A DNA stretch of 64,000 nt from Klebsormidium nitens. Its lineage: Eukaryota; Plantae; Klebsormidiophyceae. The DNA lies in NCBI GenBank assembly GCA_000708835.1, contig DF237049.1, forward strand, positions 124,001 to 188,000, written 5' to 3'. This document shows, in pieces, positions 24,653 through 37,239 of this stretch. Within the stretch, counting starts at the first letter, position 1. Each line of letters begins with the position of its first letter. The position numbers and the translations under genes were made by a program. The notes beneath the pieces are model-generated. The model was not told where the DNA came from, ran no database searches, and worked only from the letters and a program-made list of their open reading frames with translations.

Positions 24653-27600
24653 TCAGTGGACTGGTGTCACCGGGCTGGCCCTCTCTGCCGCAGGCTGACG
24701 CTCGGCCACCGGGGGGGTCCCCTGCGCGGTGGGGTCGTCCCCTTCTCTGCTCTGCAGCAGAAACAGGGCGCCTGCTGTCAAGGCGCCGACGCCGGTGGGC
24801 AAGGCGTCCGGACAATCCCGTCTCATGCGCTTGCCGGCGGCGCGCGCTAACCATTGGACGGAAAAACGGAATCTTAAGAGTCGGCGAGACAGCAAAGCCG
24901 TCCAGATCAAGTAGAGAGCAGCGGGCAGGCGTCATTCCGTGGACATTGAAAGAACGAAACGGTGAGCGTATGTAATGGTGGGCGGTTGAGCTCACCGCGG
25001 CCCGCTTCCTGCTCTCGTCGAAGTACTGGTTGGGGTGGTTGATGCCCGACTCGCACGGCGCGCCGTGCACGCCCTCGAACGTCGCCGCGCACGCCAACTG
25101 CGATCACAGCGCCCACAACCCAGTCACCACACCGGTCGCCAGTATGAAAATTGAGCTCGGGCGGAGCGAATGATCTATGATAACGGCGAAAGCACAGGGG
25201 CGTTCTCGAAGGCTGCCAGGTGATCGTTTGCTGAGGCTCATAAGTGTCAAGATGCTTGAAAGACGAATGGATACAAGCAAGTTGACTGGCCACTCAAATT
25301 GATGGGTGCGTACCTGGTAGTGGTGATTCTTCACTTTGGTCATGACGTCATCGATCGTTTTCCGGTTTAGCCGCATCCGCCCCAGCGCGGCCGAGAGGTT
25401 GTCCTGGCTGCAGACATCAAACGAACAGTCAGAATGGCAAACAGACCTGAAAGTCAGTTTATGCAAGACCAGCAGACTAGATTAGTTCCTCCGCGTGTCC
25501 GCCCCGCCCTGCCTGCCAGCGCCACGGCAAATACTGGCGGCTTTTTACTTAGCGGACAAACTTCACGTTCTTCTGTACTGCGGTGTTTTTGGTGTTTTAA
25601 CCGGGTTGGCAAACGGCAGTCACTAGACAGAACAGGAGCGGGGAAGACTATTCCGCGAGCACAGTCCTATGGACTGCCCCCCAAGTGGTGCGCGGCGCAC
25701 CTGAAGTGGCGGTACGGGCAGCCGTGGTGGTCGCCCACTCCGGGCGTGGAGCTGATGATCTTGATGCAGCTGTACGGCGTGTAGTCCTGCACCACGCGCG
25801 CGCACGACACCTTAGCGACAAGGCGGGCATGATGCGAACGCGCTAGCCCAGGGCGGGACCACGCCAGAACCAAGTCCCTTTTTCGAGCTTGCCAAAGCTT
25901 CCTCCAAAACTAGCAGTTGGTAGGCTCATCAAGTACTCTATTCGACCATTTCGGGGAATTTGCACATGACTGTCGATTTAAAGAATCGGCCTGTACACAT
26001 GAGCAGGCTTCAGTTCATGTTGCAAAGAAAACGAGCTGTTCGCTTGAGGGTCCAGAAGCAAGCGACTTCGTCTCTGGCCTCAGGTAGAAGACCTGATAAA
26101 CCTGTAGCACAATAGCCACCGCAGAGCGGGTCGATCCTCCTCCACCGGAGACAAGGCGGCGAAACCTGCCCGGCTGCCGTCAGCTCACCGTGCGCTTGCC
26201 CTCCTTGCCGTAGTTGTGCCGCACGTTGTAGGCGTACTCCTTGTCGAACTTGTCCACGCCGAACTGCGGCGCACAGCGGCACAGCCGGTCAGCCGGGAAC
26301 GGGAAGAGAGAGAGCGGCCAGGCGGAGGCAGGGAAGCCGTGGTGGGCAGGCAGAACAAGAAGGGGTCGAGACAAAAGACATGTCGAGAAGGAGGGAGGAA
26401 GGCAAGGCGGCTCTACACAACGGTCGAAAGATACAGGCCAGATCCCGAGCAGTTTGAAGACAAGGAAGGCAAGTGCCCTTACCTTCTGTGCAAACTCGGT
26501 CCTCCAGAAGGTGAGAGCGTCCTCTAGAGTCAAACCGATGCCCTGTGAGACATGGAACAGCGCACCGTCATACCACCGCAGAGTCGGACGATCGTCCTCC
26601 ACGTTTCTACCACTGGTTTCGCTCATGGACAATGTATCTGCCGCGCAGCCACTGCGTTGCATGTGCTTCAATTACAGACACAGAATCGTAGCTCCGAAAA
26701 CGTTACGGTTAACTCAATCATGCGAAGTGCTTCCGAATCCAGATAAAGAAGTCGGATCTCGTCGCAACACCGCTGCTGCATATGTAGTCCAAGCCTGGTG
26801 CGATGAGGCAGCCAGACGACCGCATCTTGCTTTAAAAGCCTGTGGCTCTGCATATCCAGAGGCAGGCAGAGTTGCGTGGCGCTGACCTTGAGGAAGAGGC
26901 CGAGCTGCTGCCGTCCCCCGTGCTTGAGGTGGTGGTCGTCGCGCACTTTGTGCAGCAGGTGCTGCATACACAGCGGGAACGACGCGGCCGCGAGCGCGTC
27001 CACGTCGGCCACGCGCACGCCTGCCTTGGTGGACGGCGTCGAGTAGTCGGGGCCCAGGTACCGGGACGACAACGCCTCCACCACCTGGCAGCGCGGGAAA
27101 GGGGGTGAGCCGGGGTGGGGCAACAGCAGGTACTCATTAAGCGGTTGTCTGGCTAGTTCTATAGCAAGTATTCAAGAAACACAATTCAAACAGCCACATC
27201 CGGGGAGAACTTTGGTTCGAGAACTCAGCGGACCTCTTCCTGAGTAGGTTCTTTGTTGTTGGCGGACTGAGTTCACTGACGAGCTCCGGCTTACGGGTAG
27301 CCAGGGATTCTGAGGGCAGCAGCCCGCATGAATTCCGATTGATACAGAACAAACTTTCTCACGAGTGCCCGGCCACAAAGAGCGGCTGTTGACGTAGCTC
27401 TATATGGCAACTCACTGAACCCCTCTGAGCACGGCGCCAGACAAGATTGACGATCGAGGATTCTTACCGGAGTAAGCCGATCCTTTTCTTGCGCTTCGAT
27501 CTTGGCGTTCCATTGACTGCAACGAGCCCAACAAGGACATTTCAGGTCTGATAGGACAGTGCCCCTGCGGCAGATTCGCTGATCCAGCTTTGGTTTCGCT

Positions 27601-30068
27601 GACGGATGGGACGTTAACAACTCTCGAGCTTCAGCCCTTCCCGGAAGCATCGACCTAATGTGTCGAGTTTGCGTCAGTCATCGGCAGTCCGACGCCGGCT
27701 GCAGCGGTCGAATCAGCAACATCGACTTGACGGCCGGTCACGAGCCTCCACGTCATCTGGAAATGGTGCTATGGGCGGCTTCGGAAGGAGCACTTGCCTG
27801 CGCGTCAGCGTGAGGGACTTGGACAGCCGGGTGCGGAAGTGACCCACCACCAGCGCAGCCAGCTGCACACAGGAAAGCGTTGTGTAGTCGGAAGGAGATT
27901 GCGTTGGAATTGTCTATGGTCCTTCGCCCTTCTTTGCACGCACCAGTGTTCGAACCCAGGGAGCCTGTCAGCTCGAAGAAGAAACCCAAAACGCCGATCT
28001 GAGAGACTGGTTTTTCGTCACAATGCAAGCCAAAAGTGGAACACTTTGTAACTTCAACAGCAGGCCCAACCAGGCTCGATCGGTTTTGACCGACAAGGGA
28101 ATGAGTATAAGTGAGCCTTTGTTTGAAAAACGACGACCATCCTAAAGCACGGCCGTACCTGGTCGCGTGGCACGTAGGCCCAGCCTTTGCTGAGCAGGAC
28201 TTTGCGTCCGGCCACCAGCTCAGGGACGTCCTCAAAAGGCACCTTGTAGTACACGCTCTCAGCTGCACAAAGACGTACTTCCAAGAATGTTGTACTGGCA
28301 AGGTCACTCTCCCAACACCCTTCCAGAAGGTCGACTTTTCAGATTACAAAGCCAAGGAGAACAGCTACTCAGTCGAGGTGCTGCAACAGCCTTCAGCCAA
28401 GTGACACTTCCTCTTTCAGGCACGGGGCTAGACTATGCGTGGTGCCCCCTTCCAGCAGCTTAGTGGACTTCCAACGAGAAGCCGGTCATCCACCTGATGA
28501 AGATAGATCAAACGTACCTGTTGCCCCGGCCCCCGCTACTGAACGAGCCACCTGCAGCAGCTTGTCCTTGTGCGCCTGCATGGCAAGGGCAAGCAGCTTC
28601 GAATCTGCCGTCGTTGCTGGCAACACGGACTTGAACTGTGACTAAGGCGGGCTCTATTGGACCTAACCTTCCACCCCAGGACCTCGGAACCATAGCTATC
28701 CTTCCAAAGCAAGCATAACCGGTGAATGCTCAAGAAGGAGTCGGCTCTGTATGAGGGTGTTTAATGTGTTGACGGACAGATGCGCGGTCCATTTCCGAAG
28801 CAGCTCCCAATGATCCACCATGCCCTGGCTTTTCTGCCTGTCGTTCATGATGTTGCCGCCCTGCCAGAGGTAGTCTACCCAGAAACGGCTGTTTCGTGGC
28901 TCACCTCCAGCTCTGCATTGGCCACTGGGTTGTAGGGCAGGCCGCTCTCAGTGAGGAAGCGGCGCTGCGCATCGGGGCTCTCCATCCGGAAGCGGTACCG
29001 GAAGAGAGCGCTCTCCTGGCTCAGCAGCCACTTGCGCAGGTCCTCTCTGGAAACGTGACGGGCATTGTTCAAACACGCAAAAACATCACACAAAGAAGAC
29101 ATTCTCATGAGATGAGGGGACTCTGACCAACCCAAGGAGCAAGACCGCAAAAAGATCACTTGCAAGAGCGCACCGCTGTATCAGTGGTATCCAACAACCA
29201 GACCAACTGATTCACATTTTGTGACTTAGCGAGGTACATGGCAAAAAGGACTTTGCTTCTTGCAGATGTGGTGAGAGCAACGAGGGCCTCACGTTCGACA
29301 ATACGCTAGCCGCAACACATAGTGTGAGATGATGTCCTTCCGGGTAGTCTCTGCAGCGTCGCCCATGCGCATGTGCTTCCTCCAAAGATCATTCACCTGC
29401 ACGTCACAGCAGATTGACATTATTGACACAGATGCTCCTGCTTTCCTTCTTTTCGCCTCTTCTCTTTTTCTCTCTGCGCACAATTGCCAAGAATCTGACA
29501 TTCCACCTCTTTCCTTGGAAGACCCAAGTTTGTCTACTTCAACCTGTTCACACTCATGCATGGTGGGCATTTTCAGTGGCCACCAGAGCACTTCCGTGTG
29601 GGTTTCTGAAAGTGGAGGTGCTCACCACTGACTCAAGTTCGTCAGGCTTCCGACCACGCGAACGAGCCTCCTCAACACCCTTCAGCACTGCATCAGGAGT
29701 ACGGTTTCAAACTCGTGAAGTGAAAGGGACTTTCTTTTCATGGTGGGCAGGTTGATATGACTGATTGGCAGACCAATCAGCAGATAACAAAAGCCTCCCA
29801 TGCACCAAACATATATATTCATGCAATGGCAAAGCTTTTAAGTCCTTCTTGAGTCGAAGCACGGGACGGTCAGAGAACAGCCGAATCTTTCCGGTGGGGT
29901 CGTACCTCTGAGCCTGTCAAGCGCAAACTGCTCAAACTCCTCCAGAGCCACGTCTTCGATTGGTGGCACCTGGTACATGGTCAGCTGCGCCCCGCTGGCC
30001 GTGTAGTCTCCATGGAGAGGAGACGCAGCCCCGCTCTTCCGCTTGTTGGGCACGTTGGAGAAGTTCAT
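24653..30068 (-). CDS. PRIM2: DNA primase large subunit (p58/PriL) with Fe-S domain
   Basis: Exons 30068-29906, 29687-29626, 29396-29293, 29046-28905, 28575-28518, 28262-28159, 27862-27798, 27516-27468, 27084-26887, 26542-26483, 26263-26189, 25786-25701, 25407-25314, 25097-24996, 24751-24653 (last exon tentative). Motifs: [100 protein letters not shown]. The four Fe-S cysteines are present. Confidence 0.95.
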
Positions 30069-30842
30069 CCTGGCCCCCGCTGGTCTGTCACACCTTTTGA
30101 AACCTGCCTACCCCCCAATCAAGTGCAGTGCGCGTCTTCAAGTCCGCCACCGGGCAGGATGTGCTTCATTGCGGATGTGCACCGCAGATTTGAGTGCAAT
30201 CACTAGCACGGGCTGCTGGTTTTTGGTGTCCCCAATCCGAAAGGTTTGCGACGCATCACTTCCCATACACGTTGGAAGTGCTAGTGATTGTGTCCGCAGT
30301 CCACCCAGCCCTCTTGCTGCTTATTGAGTCAGATTTACCAGATTGCGAGCTCAGCTGAGCCACAATTTGAAGTTTTTACAGGTTCTAATATATACTACAC
30401 TACCTAATAAGAATGAGCCGCAGCTTTCAAAAGTTCATGTGGCGCATTGGAATTGTGATTCTGCTTTTATGGCGGATTTCCAAGTCAATCAACGCTCGTG
30501 CTGTATCACCACTGCGTAGCCAACCCAATCCTGAGCTCACTCGAAGTCTGCTGAGAACATTTTAGGTGCCAATTTGCTACCACATGAACACTGTCTGGAG
30601 AAACCCACCGCCTGCCCTCCTTCACTCCCGAAGGCCTTCACTACCGGCACCCTTACGAGATTGAGAGTCTCACATTCAGAACATTCGGTCTTGATTTACC
30701 GTTTTTCAAGACCCTGCAGGAGGAGCGTGCGCCCTTCAACAATCTGCTGCACCAGCCCTTTCAAGTTGCAATTGAGCATCACCTGCTCTCACTGTCAGGC
30801 TGTGGAAAAGCAGCAGTGCTGCAAAGGCTGACGCCTGCCCAG

Positions 30843-31064
30843 CAGGGTTTCCCACGGACTTTTGTCCCGGCCGGCCAGCTGCCGGCACCCCCCGGCCCCG
30901 TTCAGCCGGCTCGATAGTCGGTCTTTGGCTGTACCGGCCGGTTGAGCTCAGCGAGTGCCTGCGTGTTCTGCCGGCTAGCAGCCGGCGGGGTGCCTTCGGC
31001 ACCGGCCGGGGTCCCATCTCGGCCGGCCAGGTCCAGGTTCTCTTGCCGGCTGTGGGAAACCCTG
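30843..31064. mobile_element. Non-autonomous hAT-type DNA transposon (MITE), 222 bp
   Basis: Perfect 13-bp TIR CAGGGTTTCCCAC (30843-30855; reverse complement at 31052-31064). Flanked by an 8-bp TSD with one mismatch: ctgcccag (30835-30842) and ctgcctag (31065-31072). The interior is rich in GCCGGC motifs. CAG termini plus an 8-bp TSD are typical of hAT elements. Confidence 0.8.
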
Positions 31065-31783
31065 CTGCCTAGTGCCGTGGCCCGTGATGGGGGTCATGTT
31101 CAGATTTTTGGCGGGAGGCTGACTCGACTCAATGACTGCCACATGTCAAGGACCAAGCCCACGATGAAGTGTTCGAGCTTCTTTATAGCCGTCGATGTTT
31201 TCTGCGCGCGTGAGTTTGTGTGAGGTTGAACCGGTAATACACGACCAGTGGCAGAACTTAGAAGAACCTGGGTAGTCCTGACCAACACTACGGGGAGCGC
31301 ATCAGGGATGCAGGGTAGCCTTTCAGGTAGAAGCCTAGGACAGCTTGAAAACCAATCAAGGGACTCGACCGGCTTGAAAGTGAAGAGTACCGTATCTTTA
31401 TGCATCTCTTTTGATAGTGCATAATGCATGCATAGAGTCAACGAACCACACTAGATTGCGTACATATAACCGCTAATATACCTGCCCTCTTGTATTGGCG
31501 GACTTCTGCTGATTGGCTGGCATACCGACATCACCTGCCTTCTTGAATGAGAATGCTGTGGGCTTTTCTGACCTCTAGTATCTTTTTGAACCACTACCAC
31601 CCGCCAATTATTCTTACGATCGTGCTCATACCTGTCATACAGGCCATTTTTGTGCGGTGCTGAAGATTGCTAGCCGGCTGCGGTGACTAGTGGCAACTTA
31701 TGAGTCGGGGTTCTCATAAGCTCTGAATGCAGCACGTCGGTTCATACAGTGGCTACCTACACGACTGAACATCAGAAAACGCC

Positions 31784-33607
31784 ATGGCCGTCGAACCCGA
31801 GAGATGGACCCGGGGTTCTGGCAACGGCATTGGCCCCTCCAGCCATCGCAACCAATACCGGTATGATGGGCATGCGCAATGCTGTAGTGCATCCGTCAGA
31901 GAATGGACAAGCAACTGCGGTTGTCGAGGTTGAAGAACAGTCACTATGTTGAATTTGTAGCATTGCTGATACTCTCCGATCAAGACCAAAGCCTCTTTTC
32001 AGGATGCGAGCTTGTCTTATGGTAGAAGATTGTGACAATAGCTAGCCAGGCTAGGGGTAGCAGGTTGCTGTTCCATGCTTCGTCAAGCAACAACAAGACG
32101 AATGCTGCAGAGGTCAACTCTATGTAAGAAGGCTACTTTGGAGCCCATGAAAGTTGCGTCCTCAACGAGCCGGAAGTCCATCATTCGGACAGCAACTGAC
32201 GCAGCTGAGCCGTGTCCTCCGCCGTGCAGGCTGGGCGTGTGCATTGACAACTGGCAGGAAGAGGCAGCCCTGCAGCAGACGTTCCTCGAGACGGGCTCCA
32301 TTCGGGGGGCGCCGGGCAAAGTGAGGCAGGCCGTTTTACAAACGTCGATGGACAAGCTTGCAAACAGCTTCCTTATGGACGTTGTAGGAAGCGGCCAGGA
32401 GTAGGAGCACTGTTGGCATTCCTTCGAGAGCTCCCGGGCGGGCTCGGCCAGTGCAGCTCTGCAGAGTTCGTGTGGCCTGTGGCTGAAGCTTGCATGCCTG
32501 TTGTGTGCAGTTCGATGGCACCACGCTTCAAAAGGCAACGTACACGGCAGAGGGCAAGTACGGGCCGGGCATCGTACCCTCCCGAATAGACAAGGAGCCT
32601 ATTCACAACGGTATGTGGCACGGCTGGAAAGAGACCTCCTGATACTGCACACGACAAGCTCAGTAGCCCCAGGATTTCAATGAAGAACGGGATTGATGTC
32701 TTCACAGACGACTAGAACGGACCCGGTTCAAGGATACCTTCATACTTTTTGGGACACGAGGAAGAAGCATGGACAATCGTCCTCGCGCCTGCTTCCAAAT
32801 TTCTCGTTGGGGTACCCAAAGCGGCTGTCCTCGGCTGGACAAGAGGTGCGGACGCTGCAAATTTTTAACGGGGTGCGCGTTGGCTGTGTGCAGGGCTGCA
32901 TGCGGATCAGCTGTTCAGCCACTCCCGCGACCCGCGCGAGGCGTCCCTGGTCAGCCTGTCGCAGCTCACCCTGGGGCGGCCCTCCGTGGGGGATCCCCGT
33001 GTGAGCCAGCTGCTGTGGACGGGGTCCAAGCACGTCGACAGCCGAGTGCCCAACGGGCCGCCTACCGGAACGACTGCACCACGCAGTGCCGCATACCAGG
33101 TCCGCTCCAAATGACACGACGAAGTTTGTCTATTGCTCAGCGATCCGATTTGAAGAGCCATTACAGTTCGTAACAGAAACATAGGCGTCAGAAAAAGCTG
33201 ACGGACGGCAGTGGGATTGGAAGGCCTGGCATCGTCCGAGCATCCAATCGAGGGCTCCCGAGTTTCCTCTACTGAAGGCGTTGTCCTCTTTTCCCGTTCA
33301 GGAGAAGCTGCGGAAGGAAGCGACATACGACATGTACACATCTACTGCCAGGGTAAGCGACGTCATTCATTGTGTAATAGACGGAGCATGACGAAGTTTC
33401 GAATCTTGATGGAGAGTACTCCAACGTTGAAGCACTACTGATAATGCTCGGAGTCGATCGAAGTCTTGCTAAGGGTGCGCGTCGACCGAAAAGCTGCAAA
33501 ACGCTTTCCAGATTTCTTAGCCAATCGGATGGTTTTCAGATCCACGTGGTAGACCAAGGTACATACCCAGAAGAGAAATATGGCTTGAAGAGCACCGTAC
33601 CTCCTAC
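31784..33607 (+). CDS. CFAP107: CFAP107/FAP107-like ciliary microtubule inner protein with NWE motif; 3' end runs into the gap
   Basis: In-phase exons 31784-31860, 32230-32320, 32511-32610, 32894-33099, 33302-33352, and probably 33540 to the gap. Splicing creates QYRLGVCIDNWQEE (NWE motif), then TTLQKATYT, GLHADQLFSHSRDPREASLVS, LLWTGSK, PPTG and MYTST. These are collinear with my recollection of CFAP107. The gene is not visible as a single ORF in the track. Confidence 0.65.
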
Positions 33608-33855
33608 NNNNNNNNNNNNNNNNNNNNNNNNNNNNNNNNNNNNNNNNNNNNNNNNNNNNNNNNNNNNNNNNNNNNNNNNNNNNNNNNNNNNNNNNNNNNN
33701 NNNNNNNNNNNNNNNNNNNNNNNNNNNNNNNNNNNNNNNNNNNNNNNNNNNNNNNNNNNNNNNNNNNNNNNNNNNNNNNNNNNNNNNNNNNNNNNNNNNN
33801 NNNNNNNNNNNNNNNNNNNNNNNNNNNNNNNNNNNNNNNNNNNNNNNNNNNNNNN
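33608..33855. other. Assembly gap (248 N)
   Basis: Run of N characters. Confidence 1.
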
Positions 33856-34643
33856 GACGCGCAACCTAACACTTGTCACAATCATCCCCGGCACAAGGAT
33901 GAGGAGTGTAGCTGCGGTATGGACTTCGGGTATACGTGAAGACGTGGGAATGCGCAACATGTCCGTTGAAATAAGCAAGCTCTTCCTTGATGGCAGGAAG
34001 CAACGGAAGCTACAGCTAATCTTGCAACTGATGGAGCTTGCAAGCGGCAACTCGCACTGCCGCAATCAGAAGGTGGGCAAAGGTGAGCATCGCCCACTCT
34101 TGGAAGCATCAACTAGATCATTCTTGCCGTTAGTCAAAAGATTTAAGTAAACGCGAAGAAGCAAAGGTGTACACATGCATCAAGAACAGACACTTTGCTT
34201 TACAATTTGCAACGTCCAGACAACATATCACGAGCCGCGCATGGCTTTTGAATGTGTATGGGACCGTGAAGAATCCTGTCTGAGGGGCGCCATTGGCACG
34301 CATGCAGGCCGCAGATCGGGCGGAAAGCATCGGGCGAGTTCGTAAAGTCCTTGGAAGCTCCTCATCGCACAGTGGGCCTGCGGACGTGAAGCTACGGTGG
34401 TACATACTCTACGTATACAAATTCAGGTCAATGTACATACGCGTGTGGCAAGCGTGCTTCGAAGGCCGTATTTTAGCAAGGGATCTTAGGGCAAGTAGAA
34501 ACTTCGTCAGCATACGGATCGAGCTGGCCAGACTCATAGGGAGCACGCAACAGTAGTTGTCACAGCAAGTGTCCAACTGGACTTTTTGAGTTTTACAGCA
34601 CTGTGACCTTGTTGCCAAACATAAAGCTGGATGCTTTCTGCCC

Positions 34644-37239
34644 CTATCTTCGGTTTCCTTCTCTTTTGCGTTTGATGTACTCTTTGGCGGTCCCATAGAA
34701 GCCCCAGATAACGGACGGCAGCAGGAAGCCGAAGCCGATGAACCCAAACTGCAGTAAGTGAGCAGCAGGTCAGCACGACGACTTTGAGTGGATTGAGTGA
34801 CCTGGAAATGTTATTCCTTTTAATCAGACGTCTCAAGTCGAGGAGTTCGGCCAGATGCCTGATAAGCGAGGTATGTCGGCCGGCAGCAAGAGAAAGCATC
34901 GACGCTTTCCACAGGGCCACTTTAAGATTGCGAAGACCATATAATGTGCTCAGCAAGAGGATCCGACAACAGGAAAAAGAATCCTGATTGTTGACGGTGA
35001 TTGCATGTAAGGCAGACTGCGCGAATCACCAGCAATAATTGGGCGCAACATGGAGAGGGTATCGTCAAGATCTTCGCCGTGTTCTTTGCGACCGGCTATT
35101 GCGCGACCAAGTTTGACGCTGAGCAAGACACGATCTGCATAAGCAACTTATCGCCGATACACTACGTCAGTTCAGACATGGAAAGCCTAACATGCTGCCG
35201 GGGAGGCTTACCGCCGTGCTCGCTTTGGTGCGCGAGCAGAACTTGCTGAAGATGCCTGTCTGGCAGATGCCCCGGGGGTACGCGGGGCGCGCGCTCCTGT
35301 CGTTCAGTGTCGTCAGCCTGCGCGGGGAGAGACGGATGCGTCAGAGGGGGCTCAGCCTGGCGCACGCGAAAATTCACGTTCCAGGATTGACCCAAAGGAA
35401 GCCTTAGGTTACTTGAAAACCATATAACTCCGCTGGCTAGTAGCTCTAGTCCATCTTTCAAATGTTATTCTGCCGATTACGTTCGCATCCTGACGTCCCG
35501 TTTCTATCTGAAGAGCATGTGAAGGCTTTGGCAGCCGATCCTGCCTCGCTTCTTCAAGATCGTCACAGATTCAAAACTCTGTTTCAAGACCTGGTGAAGG
35601 ACTCGAGCCTCAACCTCACAACTCAGCAAAGCGGGCAGATCGGTGTGGATTTTGAGTGGCAGAGCTCACGCTGCGCTGGCGCACGCAGCCCCGTAGACCA
35701 GCAGAAGGATCGCCTGCAAAGCACGCGAGCACTCGCTGAGATCGCATTTGGCGAAGTACTCTGCTCCAAGTATGGAAGCTACATGCCCTTGGCTGCAAGC
35801 CTTTCTAGTAAGCTCCCAAGATCGATGCAGCAGTCGTACTCTTTCCTGGACATTCCGTCATAATTCTCCTTCCAAACCTACGGGTTTTTTTGGTTTGTAG
35901 GTTTCCCACTGACCCATCGCGGAGATTTAATTAGTTGCAACGCCTGTAAAGTTCAAGCAGCAAGAGCAATCTGTTGAGTTCTGGTTTGGCGCTGCTCACG
36001 ACGTCGAGGGTGGTGACGGCGGCCTGGCGCGTGAAGGTGCTCATCAACTTGCTGACCTCGTTCAGCAGCATGCACAGCGTCCACGTGGCACCGATCACCG
36101 TGGCCGCCACCAGGAAAGTGAACGCCTGGCAAGGGGGACAAACTCGGTGAGTAGCCGAAGAGGAGACGAAGATGGCGAAACGAACCGTGGGTTCAACCGC
36201 AAGGATCTCTATGGACCATGGATTTCCAATGAACGTGCCTTGTTACTTCATCATAAGCGGTCAAGGTACGACGCTTGGCAGTGCAACGTGAACGGATCGA
36301 TCCCCGTAAACTTCAGAGCCCTTCTAAAATGGTTTACAAAGAAGACTGCGGGGCTTGTTTTGACCACAGCAGATTCAGAGCCAAAAAATGGGATGGGTAA
36401 CAGAGTTACGAAATCTCTGGGCGTCGGTATTGGCAACACTAAGATGTTCAAAGAAAGCCAGGTTTTGAGTTTCGATTATGTTGGGAAATTGGCTAAAGCG
36501 TACTCAATTCGTTCAATCCTCTTGCACAAACATGCCTGCAAATCGCTCCCATTGGGCTGTACGATTGAAGATCTTGCTCGCTTCCTATATCCGACTTTTG
36601 CTTCCTCCCCAATCGCTTTTGCGCACCAAATACGTTCTGCAAGGACGGAGCAGCATCCATTAGGGTCGAGAGACCGGTTTCTACTTTTCAGCCTTTATTG
36701 ATTTTGTCCTTCCGCTGCGTCGAGGGCCCCACCTGGAAGTCGGAGAAGAGCAGTCCGTTGTCCCCCGACGCCGCGATGACGGAGAAGGCCACGCAGAAGG
36801 CGGCCAGCTGCAGGAAGCGCAGCAGCACCCCGCCGATGTGCGCCCAGTGCCGGCCCCGCCCTATCCCCGCCAGCCGCTCCTTCAGCTTCTTCTTCCCCGC
36901 CTTCTTCTCCTCCCGGGGTGGACGTGCAGGCGCGGCCGCCTCGACCAATGGCCGCGCGGGCGGCCTCTCGGGAGGAGCGGCCGCGGGAGCCGCTGTGGGA
37001 GGCGGTGCCCGGGGCGGTTCCTTGGCTGGCGGGACGCTGGGCCCTGCTGCCACCGGCGGCTTCACACCGGGCTCCGCTTCGCGGCGACGCTCCGCTGGTG
37101 GGGCAGCCTCAGCGCGCGGCCGCTCGGGGCGGCCCTCGACCGGGATGGTCCGCCCGATGACAGCGGAAGGAACGGGCGTGAGCTCCTCCTCCTCCCCCGC
37201 TTCCTGCACCCAGGTCTCTTCCTCGACCAGCTCCGCCAT
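34644..37239 (-). CDS. CASPL: CASP-like (MARVEL/DUF588) four-TM protein A with a long Pro/Ala/Glu-rich N-terminus
   Basis: Exons 37239-36733, 36125-36000, 35713-35670, 35317-35212, 34748-34644, all in phase. TM1 LLRFLQLAAFCVAFSVIA, TM2 AFTFLVAATVIGATWTL, TM3 LVYGAACASAALTTLND, Cys pair IC..FSKFC, TM4 STAFGFIGF. Confidence 0.8.

Noticed and set aside
24279-24995. Long C-terminal continuation of the 272-aa primase ORF
   Set aside because: A consensus donor (gtgagc) at 24995 and a downstream in-phase terminal exon explain it better as intron/UTR read-through.
33435-34065. ORFs spanning the N run
   Set aside because: They are artefacts of translating through the assembly gap.
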